Below, one piece after another: positions 9,092 to 12,219 of a stretch of DNA of 12,219 nucleotides. The DNA comes from Zygophlyctis sp. KS116 (taxonomy: Eukaryota; Fungi; Chytridiomycota). The number at the start of each line of letters is the position of its first letter. The first letter of the stretch is position 1. Under the pieces are notes generated by a model. It was not told the origin of the DNA, searched no databases, and saw nothing but the letters and a program-made list of their open reading frames with translations. Where the stretch lies: positions 1-12,219 of the forward strand of contig BAAFSQ010000294.1 of NCBI GenBank assembly GCA_054661495.1, in the 5' to 3' direction. A program made the position numbers and the translations under genes.

Positions 9092-10234
9092 ACGGTTATT
9101 ACTGGTTTTCTTGGAAGTGGCAAAACTACATTGCTAAATCATATCTTGTCTCAGAATCACGGTCTGAAAGTAGCAGTGATTGAAAATGAATTTGGTGAAG
9201 TTGGAGTTGACGATGCAATCTTAAAGAAGAATAGGCTTTCAGGCGCCGAAGAAATTGTTGAAATGAATAATGGATGCATTTGCTGCACTGTTCGTGGTGA
9301 TTTGATCAAATTCTTGGATAAATTAAAATCTAGAAAATTGGATTTGATTTTGATTGAAACGACTGGATTGGCTGATCCCGCCCCTGTTGCTCAAACCTTT
9401 TTTGTGGATGATGGAGTAAAGGAACACTATAGGATGGATTCTATTTTGACTGTGGTGGATGCAAAGCATATTCTTATGCATTTAGAGGAAGTTAAACCAG
9501 AAGGTGTTGAAAATGAATCAATTGAGCAAATCGCATTTGCTGATGTTATTTTGCTCAATAAGATTGATTTAGCCAGTCGTGATGAAATTGACAAGATTAA
9601 GAAGAAGATTTTAGAAATTAATGCAGGTGTTGAAATTATTGAAACTTTAAACTCTAAAGTGGACCTTGAATTGATTTTGGGAAAAGATACATTTAGTTTG
9701 GAACGTGTTTTAGACATGGATCCTAATTTCTTGGTTGATATGGAGCATCAGCATGATTTATCAGTTACCTCTGTTGGGTTTTCATTTGATTACGAGTTGG
9801 AAATGTTCAAATTGGAAAATCTCATCCAAAAGCTTCTAACTGAAAAAGGTACTGATCTTTACCGCTATAAAGGTGTCTTGCCAGTAAAAGGAATGGATCA
9901 AAAGTTTGTTTTCCAAGGGGTTCACATGCTTTTTGGTGGAACGTTTGCTGAAGAATGGGGAAAAGATGAAGTTCGTCAAGGACGGTTTATTTTCATTGGT
10001 AAAAATTTGAATCGAGAAGAAATCACTAGAGACTTTTTGGAATGCAAAGCAAAACCTTTACGTTTTAAAGTAGGAGATGCAGTTTATGTGAACTTGGAAA
10101 AAGGATTTAAGCCTGGTGAAGTCATTGCATGTTGGAACCAAGGAAATCCTTATAGGGTGCGTGTGAAGAGCAATGGAGAAAATGTATGGGCTCTTGAAGA
10201 TAATGATGATTTTATTCGGGACAGAAAAAAGTGA
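9074..10234 (+). CDS. COG0523/CobW-family G3E GTPase (putative zinc metallochaperone) with extra C-terminal domain, 386 aa, intronless
   Basis: True start MTKVPVTVIT at 9074. Walker A GFLGSGKTT, ENEFG, metal-binding GCICC, IETTGLADP, EQIAFAD, NKID, HQHD, CobW_C (YRYKGVL, FQGVH, FIFIGKNL), then PLRFKVGD...WNQGNPYRV...VWALEDNDDFIR. Confidence 0.95.
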   Translation: MTKVPVTVITGFLGSGKTTLLNHILSQNHGLKVAVIENEFGEVGVDDAILKKNRLSGAEEIVEMNNGCICCTVRGDLIKFLDKLKSRKLDLILIETTGLADPAPVAQTFFVDDGVKEHYRMDSILTVVDAKHILMHLEEVKPEGVENESIEQIAFADVILLNKIDLASRDEIDKIKKKILEINAGVEIIETLNSKVDLELILGKDTFSLERVLDMDPNFLVDMEHQHDLSVTSVGFSFDYELEMFKLENLIQKLLTEKGTDLYRYKGVLPVKGMDQKFVFQGVHMLFGGTFAEEWGKDEVRQGRFIFIGKNLNREEITRDFLECKAKPLRFKVGDAVYVNLEKGFKPGEVIACWNQGNPYRVRVKSNGENVWALEDNDDFIRDRKK

Positions 10235-10318
10235 TGAAATAATTCGTAGTGGATGAATAAAACTTTGATTCTTATTTAGAAGTGAAGGATTGTATCGCAT
10301 TTTAAGTATTTCTTTTCG

Positions 10319-10783
10319 TTCATCTAGTAATAAGCCAAATCTTTGCTCTGAAAACTCAACTAACCGATGATACCTAATTCTTGATGGATGCAGAAATTAC
10401 TTGGGTTGGAATTATACGGCTCTGAATGAAGGAATCGGACTATTAATCAAAATTCTTTCAAGGCATTTGAAAGTCCGCAGAACTGAACAAGATACACATA
10501 CAATTCAAAACGGCTCTTACAATGCACATTCTTATTCAGATACTATCGAGAACAGGCCGTTACTTCTTTCCTTACGCGATCTGTCCACATATGCATTTTG
10601 AAGCAAGAATCATAGTTTTGAAGAGAAGAATTACCATATACAAAGCTGAGATTACTGTTCGAAATTATGCAGTCGCTGGAGAAGATGGCTGGATAGTGAT
10701 AAAGCAAAAAAATCAAGTCCCGTCTTCTTTCCATTTCTGCCCGGATAACGAATTATTTCAAACGATTCTGTATCCAGGATACC
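10319..10783. repeat. Old eroded duplicate of 7984-8320 (lipase exon 1 and the adjacent intergenic DNA)
   Basis: Colinear anchors: ttcatcYagtaataa (7984/10319), actaaccgatgatac 15/15 (8019/10359), atgcagaaat (8048/10388), aattata (8070/10410), tcaaaacg(c)gctctt (8089/10505), ctgtcca (8161/10581), ttcaaacgat (8293/10757). Confidence 0.72.
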
Positions 10784-10944
10784 AATGGCATAAACGGTCT
10801 GATTTCTTTCATTCCCTGTATCAATATCAATATCTTCCAGAAAAATTCCATTTTATTTGTACCCTTCGTTTTAATGATAGATCTGAATTTGGTCTAAGCA
10901 AATCTAATTGGGATTTGCTAGGATTTGTGAGATTTGAAAAAAAA

Positions 10945-11985
10945 ATGTCCGAAATTTTACCGTCTGATTCTGTGAGTAACTTCAATAGCAGTAGTGTCGA
11001 AAGAGAAAATAAAAGGCCAAAGTCAATGGTATGGGAGCACATGTATGTGTGCGAGTCTGACCCAACAAAGGCTGTTTGTAAATATTGTCCAAAGCACAAG
11101 AACAAGTACGCTTATACAAACGGTGGAACAAAGAATTTAATGAATCATCTAAAGTCGCAGCACAAGGCTAGATTATGTAAGTATTTTGCAGCTTATATTA
11201 AGCGACAGAACGGCCAGCGGTGACTATTAAGGACTTGCTACCCAAACCAAAAAAAAATATTGATGAAGCTTTACTGAATTGGGTAGTTAAACGGGACCAG
11301 TCTTTCTTAGAAGTTGAATCAGAAGAATTTAGAAAATTGTTTCAAGAAGGAGTCAAATTGCCTAGTGCAGACACTCTTAAAAGACAGATTATGGATACAT
11401 TTAAGACGAAAAGGACTGAAATAATCACCATAATGAAAAACAACTCATCAAAAGTATCATTTACAACAGATTGCTGGACCTCTCCAAACAACATTGCTTT
11501 TATGGGTGTAACCGTCCATTACATTGATGAACATTGGATAATGCAATCTAAAACACTTGACTTCTTTGCTTTGTCTGGTATATTGCTTGTAATCTCTAAT
11601 ACGCAGATTCTCATTCTGATGTAAATTTCTGCGGGGCATTTGTAAATGTACTGCAGAAATTTCATTTGGAAGACAAGTTTTTAGCTATCACTTTGGATAA
11701 TGCGTCTAATAATGATGCATTTATGAAAGAATTGGAGTAAGGGGATTCGAATGGATTAATTCGCTGTTTTGCACATGTACTAAATCTTGGAGCTCAATCT
11801 GCTCTTTCTGTAATTTCTAATGATTTGGAAGAACTGCGAAAAGGATTGAAAAAAATTAAAAGTAGTCCGCAAGCTTTGGTTAAGTTTAAAGAATTACAAT
11901 TGCAACATGGTATTACAAAACCAAAGAACGCCAAACTGGATGTCAAAACCAGATGGAACTCCACTGCAGACATGCTTGAGTCTGG
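10945..11985 (+). mobile_element. hAT-superfamily transposase remnant with BED zinc finger; premature stop and 3' truncation
   Basis: ATG 10945. BED finger (VWEHM...CKYC...GGTKNLMNHLKSQH), LPSADTL, SFTTDCWTS, ITLDNASNN, RCFAHVLNL, LDVKTRWNST. Introns 11177-11202 and 11578-11606. In-frame TAA at 11738-11740. Switches to the COG0523 promoter repeat at 11986, before the catalytic Glu. No TIR or TSD recognised. Confidence 0.9.
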
Positions 11986-12219
11986 TCAGAAAAAATCATC
12001 ATATTTCATGATTGACTGCATGTTTACAATCGTTTATTAAGTATGGCTATTTAGGATTAGAAACTGTTTGGATTTTGGAAATTGGAAGTGGAACAATGCC
12101 GGAATCATTAATGTATGGGATATATCAACGACTCATTCGTCAAGTGGCAAAGTAAGCCCCTGACCTTATTTTTTTTTAAAAAAATTTTTTTAAAAAAAAA
12201 AATGACTAAAGTTCCCGTT
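11986..12219 (+). repeat. Direct repeat, copy B (pairs with 8859-9091)
   Basis: About 97% identical to copy A, with homopolymer lengths before the ATG preserved exactly. Confidence 0.97.
12202..12219 (+). CDS. Start of a second COG0523/CobW gene copy (partial, runs off the right edge)
   Basis: atgactaaagttcccgtt = MTKVPV, identical to 9074-9091. Completeness cannot be seen. Confidence 0.75.

Noticed and set aside
10522-10944. 141-codon extension upstream of the BED-finger ORF, and short ORFs 10401-10601 and 10543-10734
   Set aside because: No recognisable motifs, and the region aligns to eroded non-coding DNA at about 8090-8377. The transposase start at 10945 has the usual A-rich context.
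3528-11639. ORFs 3528-3776, 7060-7338, 9427-9717, 10058-10300, 10827-11105, 11457-11639
   Set aside because: Antisense shadows of well-supported genes.
11737-11791. GTAAGG as an intron donor removing the transposase stop
   Set aside because: The next AG is more than 50 nt away and splicing to it would delete the conserved RCFAH motif, so the TAA is treated as a real lesion.
10235-11985. hAT terminal inverted repeats or target-site duplication
   Set aside because: None identifiable, and the right end is deleted. The 234-bp flanking repeat is far too long to be an 8-bp hAT TSD.

Overview
AT-rich, extremely compact eukaryotic DNA, most consistent with an early-diverging (chytrid-like) fungus; the taxon is inferred from protein motifs, not from a search. 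Left to right: 3' end of a secreted orphan gene (1-115); a VPS34 copy (-) with intact C2 and helical domains but cut before the kinase domain by a tandem-duplication junction at 181/182; a complete, intronless copy of the secreted orphan (2102-2632); CBP3/UQCC1; a DUF3245-like gene; a SIKE-like coiled-coil gene; mitochondrial IND1/NUBPL; two identical convergent tRNA-Glu(UUC); a TGL4-like patatin lipase; an intronless COG0523/CobW zinc-metallochaperone GTPase with an extra C-terminal beta-rich domain; a decayed hAT transposase; and the start of a second COG0523 copy. Three themes stand out. (1) All 34 introns I can model by hand are 23-31 nt (mean about 26), including those of the transposase. 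(2) The only two intronless protein genes are both locally duplicated. (3) Each duplication carries the 5' part of the head-to-head neighbour: recent for VPS34, old and eroded for the lipase. Gene models are manual and need RNA-seq; the duplications need long-read confirmation.
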